DNA of 64,000 bases from Callorhinchus milii (taxonomy: Eukaryota), in assembly GCF_018977255.1 (NCBI RefSeq), contig NW_024704743.1, positions 21,268,001 through 21,332,000 on the forward strand. Reading direction: 5' to 3'. The first letter of the stretch is position 1. Every line of letters starts with the position of its first letter. Of the stretch, positions 63,100 to 64,000 are shown piece after piece. Both the position numbers and the translations under genes were made by a program. The notes below the pieces were generated by a model. It saw only the letters and a program-made list of their open reading frames with translations. It was not told where the DNA came from and did no database searches.

Positions 63100-64000
63100 A
63101 AGAACATAAGAATTAGGAGCAGGAGTAGACCATTCGGCCCCTCGAGCCTGCCCCGCCATTCGATAAGATCATAGCTGATCTTCTGACCTAACTCTAATTA
63201 CCTGCCCTATCCCCATATCCCCTAATCCCTCTATTTTTTAAAAAAATATCAGTCTCAGCCTTGAAAATGCTCAAGGACTGAGCATCTACAGCCTTCTGGG
63301 GTAGTGAATTCCATACATTTACTATCCTCTGAGTGAAGAAATGTTTCCTCAACTCTGTTCTAAAAGGCTGACCCTTAATTTTAAGACTGTGACCCCTGGT
63401 TATAGATTCTCCTACCAGGGGAAACAGACCCTCTGTGTCTTCTTTATGCAGCCCTTTAAGAATCTTATATGTTTCAATAAGATCTCCCCTAATTCTTCTG
63501 TACTCTAGAGAATATATCCCTAGTTTATTCAGCCTATCCTCATAGGTCAGTCCCCTCATTCCAGGAACTAACCGAGTGAATCTACGCTGCACCCCCTCTA
63601 GGGCAAGTATGTCCTTTTTTAAATAAGGAGACCAAAACTGCACACAGTACTCTAGGTGCGGTCTCACCAAGGCCCTATACAGTTGCAGCAAGACTTCCCT
63701 ACTCTTGTACTCTAAACCTTTTGCAATGAACGCTAACATGCCGTTCGCCTTCTTAGTTGCTTGCTGCACCTGCAAACTAACTTTTTGAGACTGGTGTACA
63801 AGGACACCCAAATCCCTCTGAACACTAACACTATCTAATCTCTCCCCCTCTAGAAAATAATCTGTTTTTCTATTTTTGCTACCTAAGTGAATAACTTCAC
63901 ACTTCCCCACATTAAATTCCATCTGCCACCTACTCGCCCACTCCCCTAGTCTATCTATATCCCGTTGCAATCTTTTTGCATCATCCTCAGAGCTTACTCT
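63100..64000 (-). mobile_element. Young CR1-clade LINE 3' end, runs off the window
   Basis: Uninterrupted 258-aa ORF (WQMEFNVGKC, RDLGV, LYRALVRPHLEYCVQFWSP, RRIRGDLIETYK, FFTQRIVNVWNSLP); 3' UTR ends ttcttatgttctt. Confidence 0.96.

Noticed and set aside
1..64000. Prokaryotic systems (CRISPR arrays, operons, defence islands)
   Set aside because: The sequence is a spliced vertebrate gene with retroelement-rich introns; no regularly spaced repeat-spacer array or gene-dense region was seen.

Overview
Eukaryotic (vertebrate) genomic DNA. The repeat complement (tRNA-derived SINEs, Deu-domain-like SINEs, L2 and CR1 LINEs, Penelope-like fragments) suggests a cartilaginous fish, possibly a chimaera; this is inference. 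The whole window lies inside one large + strand gene, KIAA1217 (sickle tail/SKT, paralogue of SRCIN1/p140Cap). Five internal coding exons splice in frame with canonical AG/GT sites: 8274-8469, 16199-16397, 31231-31327, 47139-47968 and 60953-61057. A likely 81-nt cassette exon lies at 6021-6101. Start and stop codons are outside the window. The introns are dense with retroelement fragments, many of them nested. The most notable non-standard observations are a hammerhead-ribozyme-like core in a Penelope-type terminal repeat on the sense strand (about 21.6 kb), a CpG-rich cassette with ETS, E-box, CCAAT, CDE-CHR and YY1 motifs (about 0.85-1.33 kb), a long MITE-like hairpin (about 23.7 kb), an unclassified three-copy repeat family, and a modular SINE sharing a 3' stem-loop with L2. 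I cannot demonstrate a new biological system from sequence alone. Repeat boundaries were set by eye and are approximate, and family names come from recognition, not database searches.
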